Positions 47,161 through 47,198 of a stretch of DNA of 47,198 bases are shown one piece after another. The DNA is from Nemertoderma westbladi. Taxonomy: Eukaryota > Animalia > Xenacoelomorpha. Location: contig JAUCBJ010002733.1 of assembly GCA_032718475.1 (NCBI GenBank), forward strand, positions 1 through 47,198, written 5' to 3'. Within the stretch, counting starts at the first letter, position 1; each line of letters opens with the position of its first letter. The position numbers were made by a program, and so were the translations under genes. The notes beneath the pieces are model-generated. The model was not told the origin of the DNA and ran no database searches. It worked only from the letters and a program-made list of their open reading frames with translations.

Positions 47161-47198
47161 GACTTCTATAAAGTGAGCATCTTCTAAGGCTGATATGG

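Overview
AT-rich, repeat-dense genomic DNA from an animal, probably a marine invertebrate (inference); it is not prokaryotic. One intact host gene lies on the + strand, with 11 coding exons from 18716 to 41929 and all introns GT-AG in phase 1. I assembled it by hand from splice signals. It encodes a predicted 423-aa secreted protein: signal peptide, Trp-rich motif, one EGF-like module and eight ShKT (ShK toxin-like) domains. The rest is a transposon mosaic: RTE, CRE and L2/CR1-group LINE fragments; hAT, MULE, piggyBac-like, Harbinger, Merlin and Helentron/DINE-like elements, several with clear TSDs; and many minisatellites. The most striking structure is a ~34-copy, 50-bp tandem array (34179-35926) built from the 3' splice site plus the first ~13 codons of ShKT exon 9, so about 18 decoy acceptors precede the real one. 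Other highlights: a 21-nt microexon adding an odd cysteine, a ~0.9-kb AP-1-motif minisatellite upstream of the promoter, a decayed 2A-like peptide plus PHD LINE remnant, and an RTE copy inserted into the catalytic codons of another RTE. All family calls come from motif recognition, not database searches.
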